Positions 37,801-51,197 of a stretch of 64,000 nt of DNA are shown here, piece after piece (within the stretch, counting starts at the first letter, position 1; every line of letters begins with the position of its first letter). Source of the stretch: Zygnema circumcarinatum SAG 698-1b (lineage: Eukaryota > Plantae > Zygnematophyceae); the NCBI GenBank assembly GCA_037447605.1, contig CM074812.1:2232001-2296000 (forward strand). The letters are read 5' to 3'. Made by a program: the position numbers and the translations under genes. The notes under the pieces are model-generated. The model was not told the origin of the DNA. It worked only from the letters and a program-made list of their open reading frames with translations, and did no database searches.

Positions 37801-40309
37801 GCCGATGTAGCAGACCACCGCAGGCAGGTCGGCATCTCGCCTGGATGCCGTTGACTCCAGCGTCGGCCAAATCGAGTAAGACAGAGGTGAGGGGCGCCAA
37901 CCCCGAGTCTCCGCCTCCAGCAGCTTTGTCATAGATCTCTCCACCAGGCTGACGCAGCCCGACCTCTCCTGCCTCTCCCATCTACGATGACTCCCAGGAA
38001 GGGCACTCTGTGATCCTTTGTTCCTGATGGCCAAGGTAATGTGACTACAGAAATGGAGGATCAGATGGATCCTGGACCACGGCGAGGAGCCTGTCGTGCC
38101 CAGGCGGGAACTTGCACGCAGCCCCACTCCTGAGCGGCCAATACACCATCTCTCCGCAGAGTGACTCACATGGGAGTTGCTACACCCCGCCACACGCCCC
38201 CAAGTCCTGCCTGACTCTCGAAGGATGTGAAAAGCCGTACGACTCGCCTGTCCAACTTGTCAATGAAACAAACCCCGCACCTAGCAATTCCTGGCTAGCC
38301 CTACCCCTCACACTCCTTTTCGGAAACGCAGTGCGGGCATGACCCCCACCACATCTTCCCTGACACCTTGGGGTCATGACCTCCATCCTCGCCCTTTGTC
38401 GATTGGCTCACAAAGCACGGTGCACTTTGCACCAACTACTAAGACACCGGGGGCCAACGACATTGACTGGTTGTATGTTGACAAGTGTGGGAGCCAGCAT
38501 GTCTTCAGCCAATAATCGCGATGGTTGCGATCACCATCATCGCCACTCCATGGAGTGCTCAATGGTGGGGACCAAGCAGGAAATTGAGGAGGTGTCCACC
38601 CTGGAAACCACGGCCAGACGGAATGTGAAGCACGACCTTAGGATTACCTCCGGCTACGCGGGGACCTACCCCGGATGGGTGGGACGAACTGCTCCCAGTG
38701 GCTGAGTATGCCATCAATAATGCTTACGAGGAGTCCATTGGTACCACCCCTTTCTTCTTGAACTTTGGCCAGCATCCTCTAAATCCCCTGCAACCAAGGG
38801 ATCAGCCCCCTGATCCGTGGAACATGGGCGTCCACAGAACCCCCGATCCTTGGAAGCTGAGAGGGACTGATGGGACTCAACCTCCCGCAGTCAGATCTTT
38901 TGTCCGCTAATGTCCGAGGCGCCGCAGTAGGGCACGGGCAGACCGCTAGCGCCTGGGCCAAGCATAAAGGTTTGTTGACCGCCACCGTATCTCCAACTCA
39001 CCTTCGACGAGGGCGACGAGGTGTTGCTAAGTACGGCGAACTTGAGACTCAAAGCTTATGGCGGAACACGTAAGCTGTGGCCCCGCTTCATCGGACCCTT
39101 CAAGGTCGTGAAGCGCATCAATGAGGTCGCTTACCGGTTGGATTTACCAGACAATATGAAGGTGCATCCGGTCTTTCATGTGGGTTTGCTAAAAGCCTAC
39201 CGCCGCGATGGGAGGATCCAGCCACCTCCCCCACTAGTGGAACTTGAAGGTGAACTTGAGTACGAAGTTGAAACCATTCAAGCCCACCGTATTGTGAGAA
39301 AGGGTCGTTCTTCCCGTCACGAAAACCACGTGAAGTGGTTTGGCTAAGGGGTAGAACACACATGGGAAGCCGAGGGCAACTTAACCACACCGCCGAGCTC
39401 ATCAACTTGTACCGGGAGGCTGAGGTCGCAGAGAGCTGGCCAGGGCGGCTCAGTTCCCCGGTGCCGCTCAACTCGAAAGTGACTTGACCGATTATCGCCG
39501 AAATTCTCCCCGTTATCACGTAGAGTTCGACGCCGCGTCGCTGAAACTACGAAGCTGCCTTTACTACTCACACACGGAACGCAGGGCGTCATTATTCTCA
39601 TTGGGGAGTAATGTAGCGAACGCTACAGTTGCCCACCTGGAAAATAAAGCGCACCCGGCCCCAGTACCCCGGCACGCCCGAGTGGTCAAGGCGCCGGGGA
39701 CCACCTAGGGCCTGGTAGGTCTTAGGATCGAACCTTGCGAAGGTCGCAAGGGTTCGATACGGCGCGATATACAGATACATATATATATATCGCGCCGCCG
39801 ATGTGGTTGAGGGATCACGGAACCCTGACCACATCTTCCTTACGTTTTTGGAACGTAACCGTCGTCCGTACAATCGCGGGTTACCGTTGGTACGGACGGA
39901 CTGTCAATCAGGCCCCGCGCCGCGCGCGTAGGACCCACTCATGACCGACAAGATGGCGTAAGCGCCGCTGCCGCGGGCGCGCTGGGCGCCGCGATGCGCG
40001 AAAAGTATTCAGATGTTAGGTTAATTCCTCTCAATTACCCGGGGCCGAGAGACACGTGGCAGTCTGCCATTGGACAGCCCTGCTTCCAATCCTCCATGCT
40101 GGTAAGAGGTTCGACGGGGGGAGCGTAAAGGGGCGTGGGTGACTGTCGTCACCCAACCAACGTACCGGCATACGGTTGCACGCCCATCCCGGGCTGCTCC
40201 CCTCTCTGAAGCACTCTCTCTCTCTCGCGCTCCCTCTCTGAACTCTGCTGGCTGGTAGATCGGGTGCGAATTCCGCGTACGGCTGAAGAGGCAGTTTCTA
40301 GTCGTGATA
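34848..40309 (+). mobile_element. Ty3/gypsy chromovirus 1, decayed, inserted in copia A RT
   Basis: TSD gggat; the host frame resumes across it (SRFMENP|GPEHWEAVKRIF). LTRs 34848-35222(gap) and 39612-40309, PPT ttggggagtaa. Gag CCHC at ~36620, RT/RNaseH 37146-37740, integrase, chromodomain (EYEVETIQAHR) ~39260. Stops and frameshifts present. Confidence 0.92.
34918..34985 (+). promoter_or_regulatory. tRNA-like A-box/B-box segment inside gypsy LTR U3 (also 39670-39736 +, ~51055-51125 -, ~51521-51585 -)
   Basis: gccgAGTGGtcaaggcg ... aggtcttaGGATCGAACC; taATGGttagggca ... aggtcctaGGTTCGAACC; taATGGtaaagca ... aggtcttgTGTTCGAACC. Confidence 0.55.
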
Positions 40310-42431
40310 GGGATTCTCCATGAACCGACTTGCTGAGCTCACGGCTTTCGCCAAGACAGGACGAGTACCTATCATCAGATACATTAAACTCTTGACCCTC
40401 GACCTACCTACTCCAGACATTCCCTGCATCCTCCGGATCTGCCGGTACACATCTTTTGACATCGCGTTCCGATTTTCATCGGATCTCCGAACAAGGACGG
40501 CATTTTCTCATTTTGAGCCGCAGCACACCGCCGCGCACTTCTTCTGACAACCAACAAAGCTGCCGTCTGCCTCTTCAACTGCATTCCTAGGAGATACTGT
40601 GCCTCCCCTAGATCCGACATTTTGAAGTTAGCTTCCAAAAGCTGTTTCAAATCATTGATTCTCTCCAATGAGAGGCTCACCATTATGAGGTCGTCCACGC
40701 AGATCCCAATTGACATGAGATCGTGCCTCTTCTGGCTGTCTTTGTAGATTGGAATGATCCGTCTTGAACTTTGTGCAATCTGTTACTCTAGGAGGTCATC
40801 AATTTTTTAATTAATCTTGGGGTGCCTGTTTCATCCTCGCACAGACTTTTCACAAGACGACAAACGAGATGCTCCTGCCCCGGGACAACTTTCCCTTCGG
40901 GCTGTATTGTGTAGATCTCCTCAGCGAGATCTCTGTACAGAAACACGATCTTGATATCGAGTTGATGTACGTGCATCCCCTCGGCCGCTGTAATCGATAT
41001 TAGGGCACGGAGGGAGTTGAACTTCACCACGGGGGCGAAGGTCTCTGTGTAGTCGATTCCGTACGCCTGGCTGAAGCCCTTTGCCACCAGGACGCGCTCC
41101 GATCGGGTCGCGCTCCCGCCCCGCCTTCCGCTCTCACCCCGAGACCCCATTGCATCCATGGCCCTCCTTCCTCCTGAGCCGCTCAGCGCCACGTGCCGCT
41201 CCCGCAGGAGCATGGTTCCCACTCGCTGTCGATCGCTGCTCGCCACTTCTCTCCATCGACCCCGTCGTGCGCCTCCTCAAAGGTTTGCGGTTCGGTGATC
41301 ATGAAACAGTGGGCATCTCCCGCGAGGTCCGCTGAGTCTGTAGGCACTCTTTCCTGTACTAGATTAGTCTGCAAAGGCCTGTAGTGATCAGGCCTCCTCA
41401 CCACACGGGTGCTCCTCCGAGGTCCTTGCGCTCTCCGGCTCCTCGTGTTGAAGAAAATCCCCGGGACAAACCCGGGAGGCATGCTTGACAACATAGCCTC
41501 CTCCCCAGTCTGCCTCGACTCCCCAGACTCCTGCCCATCTAAGGGGCACAGTCCGGCCAAGTTCTCCTTGCCGCACAGGTGAGCGTGTAGCGGTGCCGTC
41601 TCGCCGAAGGTTGCGGCTCCCCCGCTCGCGGCTCCTCCGGTTCAACTCCCACGCCGCCTCCACGCTCGGCGTTGCTTCCGGCCCACTTCCGCTGCCTCCA
41701 GGCGCGCGACCCTCTCAGTTGGACCTGAGGGGGCCGCCCATGCCCCTCCTTGGGGTCTCCACATCCCTTGCACACAATTTCCAAACTGTGCCGGGCCTGC
41801 GGGTCTCACCTAGCCGAGTCACCGCTCCTTTTCGCCCACTTGTAATGTCTCTTGAGCTCCCGCATCGTTGCCCCAGGAGTCCCAGACCCTGGAGGTCGAC
41901 TGTCTACGCCTGGAGCCAAGGCACCCTTCTATGCTCCCTGGCCTTGGGAACTTTTCTCTTCTGCCTTGCTTTTGGCACTGTCGACCAGCAGCGCGCTCCA
42001 AAGGTCTTCAGGTGGGACATCGTGGGTTTCTTTTCGCTTTACCTTTTTGAGAACCCACCCTCAAGCAGCAGAAGAACTGGGCATCCACTCCCAAGGAAAT
42101 TGCGGTCATCACCGCCTCTCCCCAAAAAGATGCCGGGAAGGGGGAATCTATCGGCATGGTCCGTGCCATGTCCCCCAACGTCCTATTGACCCTCTCAGCA
42201 GCTCCATTGCTTTGAGGGGAGTAAGGAGCAGAAAATTCATGCCTTATTCCGCGAGCCTTTAAGTACCCGCCGAACTCCTTTGACTTGAATTTCCCTCCGT
42301 TGTCTGAGCGCAGCGTCTTCAGTTTCTGACCGCTCTCTCGCTCCATCTGAGTCTGCCAATCTCTGAAAGCTCCGAAAGCTTCAGACTTGTACTTGAGAAT
42401 TTTCACCCAAATTTTCCTCGAAAAATCATCA

Positions 42432-42645
42432 AGGAAGGTGATGAAGTAGCGAGCTCCTCCGCTCGTTGCCGGTGTCACGGGGCCACACAAATCGGTATGT
42501 ACCAATTCCAGTTTCTCCTGCGCGTGAAATGACTCCTCAGGAAGGTGATGAAGTAGCGAGCTCCTCCGCTCGTTGCCGGTGTCACGGGGCCACACAAATC
42601 GGTATGTACCAATTCCAGTTTCTCCTGCGCGTGAAATGACTCCTC
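42432..42645. repeat. 107-bp tandem duplication frameshifting copia A integrase
   Basis: aggaaggtgatg...gactcctc occurs twice in tandem (42432-42538, 42539-42645). Confidence 0.9.
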
Positions 42646-44138
42646 TCCACTCCTCGAAAAGGGTCTCCGATGCGCCTTCCCCTCTACACACTCTTTGCAA
42701 AAGCCTAGCTCCTTCTCAACTACGTCAATGTCTAACCCGCGGACCAGCCCCTTTGCAGCAAGCTGTTGCAGTCCCCTATGGTTTAGATGACCAAGTCTAC
42801 GATGCCAAAGATTTACTGCACCCTCAGTTACAGCCATCACACCCTCATCTTCTTCTCTCCTATAATGAAGGTAATACAGGCCTCCCTTCTCATACCCCTC
42901 AAACAGCCGCTTCCCCGACTCTAGGTGAGTAGCTACAGAAGACTTCTCCTTAAAGGTGACTTCGTACCCCCTCTTACATACTTGACTAACAGACATGAAG
43001 TTCTGTTTCAGGTCAAGGGTGTGAAGTACGTCACCGATGCACAACCGCTCTTCTCTTTCTTCTTCGTAGATGACAGAGCCGTCTTCGAGGATCATCTTTA
43101 CTACTCCTCCTTTTGTAACTGTCACTCCCTCTCCGGTTGCCGAGGGAACAGATCTGGTCCTCTCCAAGGTGTCCAGCGTAGAGAACATTCGCTTGTCGCG
43201 ACACATGTGCGTGGAAGCGCCAGAGTCGATCAGCCATGGCCGCTTCAGATCCGCAACCTGGATCTTCCCAACAAAATCAGAATGTTCAGTCAGCATGAGA
43301 TTCGTCTCCACCGCCACTCTGCAATCCGTGCTCTTGTGGCCTCGCTTCTTGCATTTGAAGCAGATTCCCTTGAATCCCTTCTTGACGGATGACGATGCTC
43401 CTCCACCCCGATCTTGGGTGTTCTTGTTCTTGTAACAGTCGGCCGAGAAGTGGCCCGTCTTGCCGCACGTGTAACACGCTCCCGCAGGGCGTTCCCCACG
43501 GTCTGCTCTCGGCGCACCTCCTCTTCGAACTTGTCGTGAGTGCAGCGCCAACACCTTCTCCTCGGTGCCTCCAACGTCTTGGACAGTGTTCTCCTCCTTG
43601 ATCCTCCGTTTCACTTGCTCAAGGGTCATCACGGTGTTCGTTAGAACAGTCCTAAGAGCTGCAACTGCTACATCAAATCGGCCAGGCAGTCCCCCTAGAA
43701 ACTGGCTGATTTTATGGTCTCCCTCTAACGGTTTTTGCAGCGCTATAAATCTCTCCATTAGAGTATCAAATCTGACCATATATTCACTCAGCTTCTCTTC
43801 CGAGGACATCTTCATTTTCCCAAGCTGCGTGTAAAGGCTGACTATCGTTACGTTATCCTTTACATCATACATCTCCTCTAAGCATCTCCACATAGCATGT
43901 GAAGTCTTAAGGTCATACAGCATGGAAGAGGGACTTCCCCTCACGCTCATGACGATCTGGGTGAGGGCCTTGTTGTCCTTGGTCCTCCATCTGGCGAGCG
44001 CTGTGTCGAACTCCGACTGCTGCTCCGCCGTGGCTCCCTCCGGCTGCACCAGTGCCTTGATGGTGACGTCAACGTACCCCAACAGACCCTTGCCCACAAG
44101 CAAGGGAACCAGCCGCCATCTCCACCCCTTGTAGTCCG

Positions 44139-45706
44139 TGTTGATGTATGAGGTACATCAAGTAGTTGGTAATTAGTTCCTAGCATGAATGTTGTCCGGG
44201 ACATCAATGTTTTGGTGTAGGGACAATGTTATGCATGAGTGATTCGGTAAAGGACCGAACATAGGTGGTGCCCGTATCGTTAGGGCACAGTACGACAGGT
44301 CTAGGAATAGTCTAGGGTCGTAGGTTTGCGGCTTTGACTTAGATTGAACCAAAGGGGGCGCGCGGAGTGCGCCTGGACGGATTTGGAGCGCGGCCGTACG
44401 GACGGCGCGCAAATTGTACGGACGACGCGGAAGTTGACGGACGCGGAGATTTGGAAGCGCGAGAGGCGGATTTGCGTGAAGCGACATGATTGGTCGCGAC
44501 AGCACGCAAATCGCGGCGCATCTCTATGCGTGACGTGACGCATGGTTCGGCAATGTCGGTGGAGAATATGTGAGATGACGGAGTTCGCTGATTGGTCGCG
44601 GCGCAAGTGCGGAGTATGGAGCGCGCGACACATGGCACAACTGGAGGACTTTTGAGGCAGTGCGCGAAGCGGCGGAGTGAAGCGTCAGTGGAGGCGCTTC
44701 AGGAAGTCGGTGACGAATCAGGCCACGCCACGTGGACCACTCGGTAGTGGGTCGGCGGGTCTGAGCGTACGGAAGAAAGGTCGGCTGCCGGAAAAGTGAG
44801 AAGGGACCAAAAAGGGGACCCGCCGCTTGGTGAAACTGTACGGCTGGGCAAAGCGTAGGTCGGTGCCACTATAGGTTTACGGGACCACTATAGGTTTACG
44901 GGACCACTATCGTAGGTCGCTAATTGGGTGCGCCGCTTTGCCGGATGCAAGGGCCGGCCGTGACGTGACAACTTGTGTCACGTCACATCGCCATGGTTGT
45001 TCAAAAGGGAGCAAGCTTCACTCGCTCAACTCACTCTCTCTGAACGTTATGCTGCTCAACCTTCGTGATAGGAAGAGTAGGCGAAGGCTGAGGCCTTGAG
45101 GAGTCCGGCCTTGTGTATGAAGGTCGTGAAGGAACTAGCTCTCATCATGCTAAGCTTTAGTGAAAGAGATAGATGATGTGTCCCTCATGTGTTGAGGTAG
45201 AGGAGGAGTTCATGGAGGCAGTTAGTGCTTGGCTACTGCAGTTGAGGTGTAAGCTATCTATCAGAGGATAGGATAGTGCTCATGTGAGGATGACAATCTA
45301 GCATAAGGGATTATGTAGATTTCCTAAAGAGCTTGTATTACACTCTTGAAGGTTAAGGAGTTTTATGGCCGTGGGCTTTCTCCTTATTACTGCATCATTT
45401 GTCATGTGAGTCCTCGTGTTGGATTGACGTGGTGGATGAGTGGAGGCGACCATTGTATGGGCGGTGTGTTGCTCCACACGAGGAGATCATTGGAGGAGCG
45501 TGGACTTGAGGAGCCGAGACCATGGAGGAGTTGAGGTGTTCTTGTAGGTGGCGCTTTTAGTTTTCCGCTGTGCGCACCTGGCAAGGGGTGGATGGAAGGC
45601 AGATCGTGGAGGAAGCCGTATGTGGCCCAAGTGGAAGATGAAGAAAGTTTTGAGCTTCATCCGGGCATGTGTTTTCCTTTCCTTGAGTCTGCCCCTTGCA
45701 CCAACG
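44139..45706 (+). mobile_element. Solo LTR, family B (1568 bp), in copia A gag
   Basis: TSD gtccg (44134-38, 45707-11). The host frame reads FSIPAFDGSD|YKGWRWRL across it. Confidence 0.92.
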
Positions 45707-46771
45707 GTCCGAACCATCGAACGCTGGGATGCTGAACTTCACGTGATCCTCCTCGCCACCTTGGGCTCTGATACCACTTGTTGAAGCAGGGGTCTGCTCC
45801 CCACTTCCGGCGCCACCTCGGGTGTCGCCCTCCATTGGAACTTGAGTTCCCACGGATGAAGACATTCAAACACTCAAAGCTCTATCTTACTTCACTCATC
45901 GCCCATAACAACAGAATGAAGCTACAAGACAAGCACAGCGGAAATCACAATGAGAGAGTGTTAGGAGAAAGCTCACGGCTCTAAAACTCCTTATAATAAA
46001 ACTGTCTTCCCACAATGAAGTTCTCCCACCACTTCAAGGTCCCTCTTACTCACTACCTCACGACACAAGTGTAGGCAGCCTAGCAGCACGAGCAGGCTCT
46101 GAATAAGACCCGAGACTATGACAGAGTAGTGTGGGTGGGTTACTTCCCATAATAAAACTACGCACTATATAATATGGTGTCTGTGACGTGACACACATGT
46201 CACGTCCCGTCCGCCATTGCAAACCCATGCACTGAGTCTGAGTGGGTGCACTCAGAAATAGCGACTAGTTAGCTGCCTCGTAAACCTACGGCGGCGCCGA
46301 CCTAGTTCTTGTCGGATCGTACATCCGTCCGTACTGTTTCGCCATTTCGCCAGCGCTCTTTCGCAGTCTTCGCCCGCCGACATCTCGGCCGTACACTCGA
46401 ACTCGCGGACCCACATCGCGAGTGGTCCACGTGGCGCATTCCGGTTTGCCGCCAAATATCTTCCATGTTGTTTCCGCGCCGCAACTTTGCGCTCCGCGTT
46501 TCGCGCCCGCGCCGCGACCAATCAGAGTCGCGCGCGTCCGTACTTTGTGAATCCGCGGCCGCGCCTCGACCAATCAAGGTTGCGCGTCCGTACTCCTCTT
46601 ACTTGTGTCAGCGCCGCGACCAATCAGCGCCGTTCGTTCATACTCCGCGCACTCGCGGCGCACTCACCAAAGTCAGAGCACCGACATTCCTAAATCTAAG
46701 AGCACTACGCCTAGCAGATCTCATGTTCTACAAACTGAGTACCACAACAAGTTAGTGTGTGCCATACAATG

Positions 46772-49700
46772 TGTCACGGCTGAAAACTGCCTCTTCAGCC
46801 GTACGTGGAATAACACTCAAACTGCACTCAGCTGAGCAATCAAGAAAAGAGAGAGAGAGAGAGAGAGAGAGCTTCAGAGAGGGGAGCAGCCCGGGACGGG
46901 CGTGCAACCGTATGCCGGTACGTTGGTTGGGTGACGACAGTCACCTACGCCCCTTTACGCTTCCCCCGTCGAACCTCCTACCAGCATGGAGGATTGGAAG
47001 CGGGGCTGTCCAGTGGCAAACCGCCACGTGGCCAACTCTGACCTGAATGGGTCAGAGGAGTGAAACGTACGAACGCTTGCTGCGTTCCGCGGGCGCCGCC
47101 GTACGTCGGTGCACGGCCGGATCCTACGGACCCACTGGCAGTCAAACCTTTGGAGGAACTCAGACCAGCGTGCCTGCCGCCTAGACAAGGTCTGTTGGGT
47201 CGAGAGAAACGTCAGCGGACGGTGGTCAGTGACCAGCGTGACCGCTTTCGCCCCCTCTAAATAGCACCGCCATGTCCTCAGGGCGTGGACCACTGCAAGC
47301 AGTTCCTGTTCCGTTGCAGAATAGTTGCGCTCAGCGGGATTCATTTTGCGACTTTCATACGCCAAAGGTTGGCCATCCTGAAACAAGACGGCACCCAAGG
47401 CGAATCCCGAAGCATCACAAACCACTTCATAAGGTTTGGACGGGTCCGCTAAACGGAGAGTGGGTGCGGTAACAAGTGCATGGCGCACACCTTCGAATGC
47501 ATCCTGGCATTCAGGGGTCCATGTAAAGGGGACACCGGAACGTGTCAAATTAGTCAAGGGAGTAACCAACTTACTAAACCCTTGGATGAACTTACGAAAA
47601 TAATTCGCAAATCCCAAGAATGACCGCAACTGATGCAAGTCAGTCGGTGGCGCCCAAGTTTCTACCGCCGAAACCTTGGCAGGATCAGGCCGAAGACCCT
47701 GATCATTGAGGATATGCCCAAGATAAAGCAACTCCCGTTGCATGAAGTGACACTTCTTCCTCTTGGCATAAAAGCGGTTTTTCCTCAGGACCTCAAACAC
47801 TTTTCGAACGTGTTCAAGATGTTCTTCCTCCGTCTAACTGAAGACAAGAATGTCATCGAGGTAAACCAAAACAAAATCATCCATGCCTATGAACATTTCG
47901 TTCATCACAGCCTGGAAAGTGGCCGGAGCATTAGTCAATCCAAAGGGCAACACCTTATACTGGAAATGACCAATCGGTGTCCGGAACGCAGTCTTTGGCA
48001 CATCAGCCTCCGTGACTTGGATCTGATGATACCCCTGAGCAAGATCAAGGGAGGTAAACACCTTGGCACCGTGACGACGATCCAACAGATCATCAATACG
48101 TGGTAAAGCAAAACGGTTCTTTACGGTAATCTTGTTGAGTGCGCGATAATCAATGCACATTCTCAACGAACCATCTTTCTTCCCAACGAACAAGATGGGC
48201 GCCCCAAAGGGGCTCTGGCTTGGTTCTATCCAGCCCTTATCACGTAAAGTTGCCAATTGCTTACGCATCTCTTCGGTTTCTTTCGGACTTAACCGATAGA
48301 TCGGCCGCCAAGGCGGCTTTTGCTCAGGCTCAAGAGGGATTGTATGCCCCACTCCTCGAGAGGGTGGCAACCCTCTTGGAAGGTCATCAGGGAAGACATC
48401 CCTGAATTCATCCAACAGAGGTTGGATTTTGGGTGGAACGGCCGAGAGCACATCCGTCGATGTGATCTGCCATTCCTGATCCTCGTCATGCACATCCTCA
48501 GTGGTTGCCATGACAGGCACCATGAACAAGGTGCAACCCTCCTTAACAGCTTTGGCCAATTGCAGGGCCGAGCAGAGATAAGGAGTATCAACCTGCGTGA
48601 TAGCAGTGGAGGTGGGTTTGCCAGGGTGCAGGGTGATGCGCCTATCCCCACTGTGCAGAATGCAGTGTGGGATGGAAAAGNNNNNNNNNNCTCCCTAAAA
48701 TAACATCTGTACCAGGGGCCAGTTGTGTCAGAAGACACTTCACTGCCCCGGAGTAGGATTGGAGCTTGATCTTGAGTGTGACGATGCCAGAGATCTGGCC
48801 CTTGCGTCCATCCCCGAAAGTAACACTTTCTGAATGGGGATCTGTGGTCAACCCAAATCTCTGGGTGAATGCAGAACTAACAAAGTTAGCATCTGCCCCA
48901 GTATCTAGCAGTATAACTGCTGGGTGGCCATTGGCTGACCCGGTGAAGGTCATGGCACGATGGGCAAGATGGAACATAGATCGCACTATATGCGAGGGTT
49001 GAGGACGAGCCGTCCTCCACACCAAGGTGTAGGGTGATCCAACCAGCGAACTGGTGGATCCTTCCATCGTCTGCACCAACTTGTGCCCTTTCCTCAACTG
49101 TTTCACCAACCGCCAAGTGGCGTTGGGAAAAGTGCGAACTGCCATGTGCTGAGGAACCAGCACATGCAGCCCAAGGATGTGGGAAGTATCCCGCAAGACA
49201 TGCAAGGCATCCATGGCACATCTCATCAAGACATCATCCCCCATAACATTGAGAATTGAAACATGCCACTGGCCACGCATCATTACATCCATAAACCTAG
49301 AGGGAGTCACCACGGTGGCAGGGGAAAGAGACATGAAATCAGGAAGCGCATGACACACAACAAGATCGTGCACCCCCAAAGGTCTGCCCATCAATTTACG
49401 AATGTCCGTGGTCCTAAGCCACAAAAGTCCCTTAACCGTGACGGCAGCTTTCGTCCCATCCCCTAAGCTATTCTCTCCACCAGCAGCGACTCCTAAACTG
49501 CTGGTGGGTTGGGGTTTTCCGGTCCCTTGCCCTTCCTGTCCTTAGCATTCAGGGGGCAATCGCGGGCCTTGTGCCCCTCCTTGCGGCAGCGGAAACACTT
49601 GTTCTCCCGCTGCATCTTCTCCATTTCCTCTGGAGTCAACTTCTGCGGCCTCGCAGTGGCTGGGCGGGCAGTCGCTTCCGGCTGCTTCCGCTTATGTTTT

Positions 49701-51197
49701 CCTGCCATCTTGGCAGGAGCTGAGGGTCCCGCCTTCCATGACCCTGTCACGTCGCCCGACCTCTGCTGGGGTCGGGAAGGGCCTGCATCGCCTGCAGGGG
49801 CGGTGTCCAACTGAATGGCTGCATCAAAGTACAGCTCAGAGTCAGCGGGGTCCCACGGTTTTAGAGTCCGTGGGTTGGTCCTTAGCTGCTTCCTCAGGTG
49901 TGGTTTGAGGCCATTCCTGAAGTGGAAAAAGAACTCAGCCTGACCAGGCTTGTGGGTGGTGATTTGTGGCACCACCTGACGCAGGTCTCGCAGAAACTGC
50001 TTGACGCTGCCGGTTTGGACCATGTTCTGAAATTTATCCCGGGTTTTCAGCCGGGGTCCAAGGTCTTAAAGTGTTTGATAAGTTCATCTCTGAATTGGTT
50101 TGTCAATCTCATCACAGAGGCCCTCATACACCGGGCATGCGGCTTCCCTGCAGTGTGGGGTAAGCAAAGCTTACCTGCATTAGGGGGGACGGTTGGTCGC
50201 AAGAAGGTAACCCTTCGATTGACCCAACCACTGCTCAATCGAGCAGTCCGTGTTAGGATGTTCACCCCAATCGGAAACCGGGGCTACTCCTGGTTGATTC
50301 TGCTCGGACATCCTGGAGCAGGTTGCGCAGAAGGAGTCCAGGACCGGGGTCCTCCGCCCCAGGACTGCGCTTACCTGGTCCCTCACTGCGGGTGGTCGCC
50401 ACCCCGCGGGATGACTTTCTGCTCAGCAGCAGAGGGGGGCTCCAGTCGCGGCGTCTCCCAAGCTGCCTCCGGGGTGTCGCATGACGACTGAACCAGCTGG
50501 AGCTGGCAATGCTGGGAATCCCGCCCTTCCCCACAGGCATCCTCCCCATTAACCGCTCGCCCACACCGCAGGGGCTGTGGGGAGACCTTTCTTCACTCCT
50601 CCGGAGCCTATCTGAAAGGCCCCTGAATTCCATTTGGAGCGTGTCCACCAGGCGGCGGACCGTGAGCTCCATGTCGTCCACCTTCCTCGAACAGGCCATG
50701 GTGGAGACGCGCTGCTGCCTTACNNNNNNNNNNAACGTACGAACGCTCGCCGCGTTCCGCGGGCGCGCGCCGCGACGCGGCGCGCCGCCGTACGTCGGTG
50801 CATGGCCGGATCCTACGCGCGCGGCGCGGGGTCTGATTGTCAGTCCGTCCGTACCAACGGTAACCCGTAATCGTACGGACGACTGACGGATTGCAAAAGG
50901 GGGATCCGGGCCGCGGCCCGAGATCCAATCGCGGGACCGGATTGGTCCCGTGGTTCCGTTAATCCCCAATCCTCCCTTATGCCGAGGAGGGGACCTTGGC
51001 GGGTGATGTGGGGCGCACCGTGATTACGTGGTGCCCCCACGTGTGAACCAGTTCTTACGGTTCGAACCTAGGACCTCCGTCGTCCTATAGGGTATCCGAT
51101 GCCCTAACCATTAGGTACTACATTGGATGGAAACATAAGGCCACGCCGGGCTTTTAGGTAATCCTTCCCCTTGGGGTGACTGTAGCGTTTCGCTACA
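46772..51197 (-). mobile_element. Ty3/gypsy element 2 (same family as element 1), integrase deleted, inserted in copia A 5' LTR
   Basis: TSD caatg. Gag CCHC (CFRCRKEGHKARDC), protease LLDTGA, RT (YLDDILVFS), RNaseH joined directly to mid-LTR at ~47130. Confidence 0.92.

Noticed and set aside
34848-51197. DIRS/tyrosine-recombinase element suggested by palindromic termini
   Set aside because: Elements have 5-bp TSDs, a PPT, DDE integrase and chromodomain remnants, and no YR ORF.
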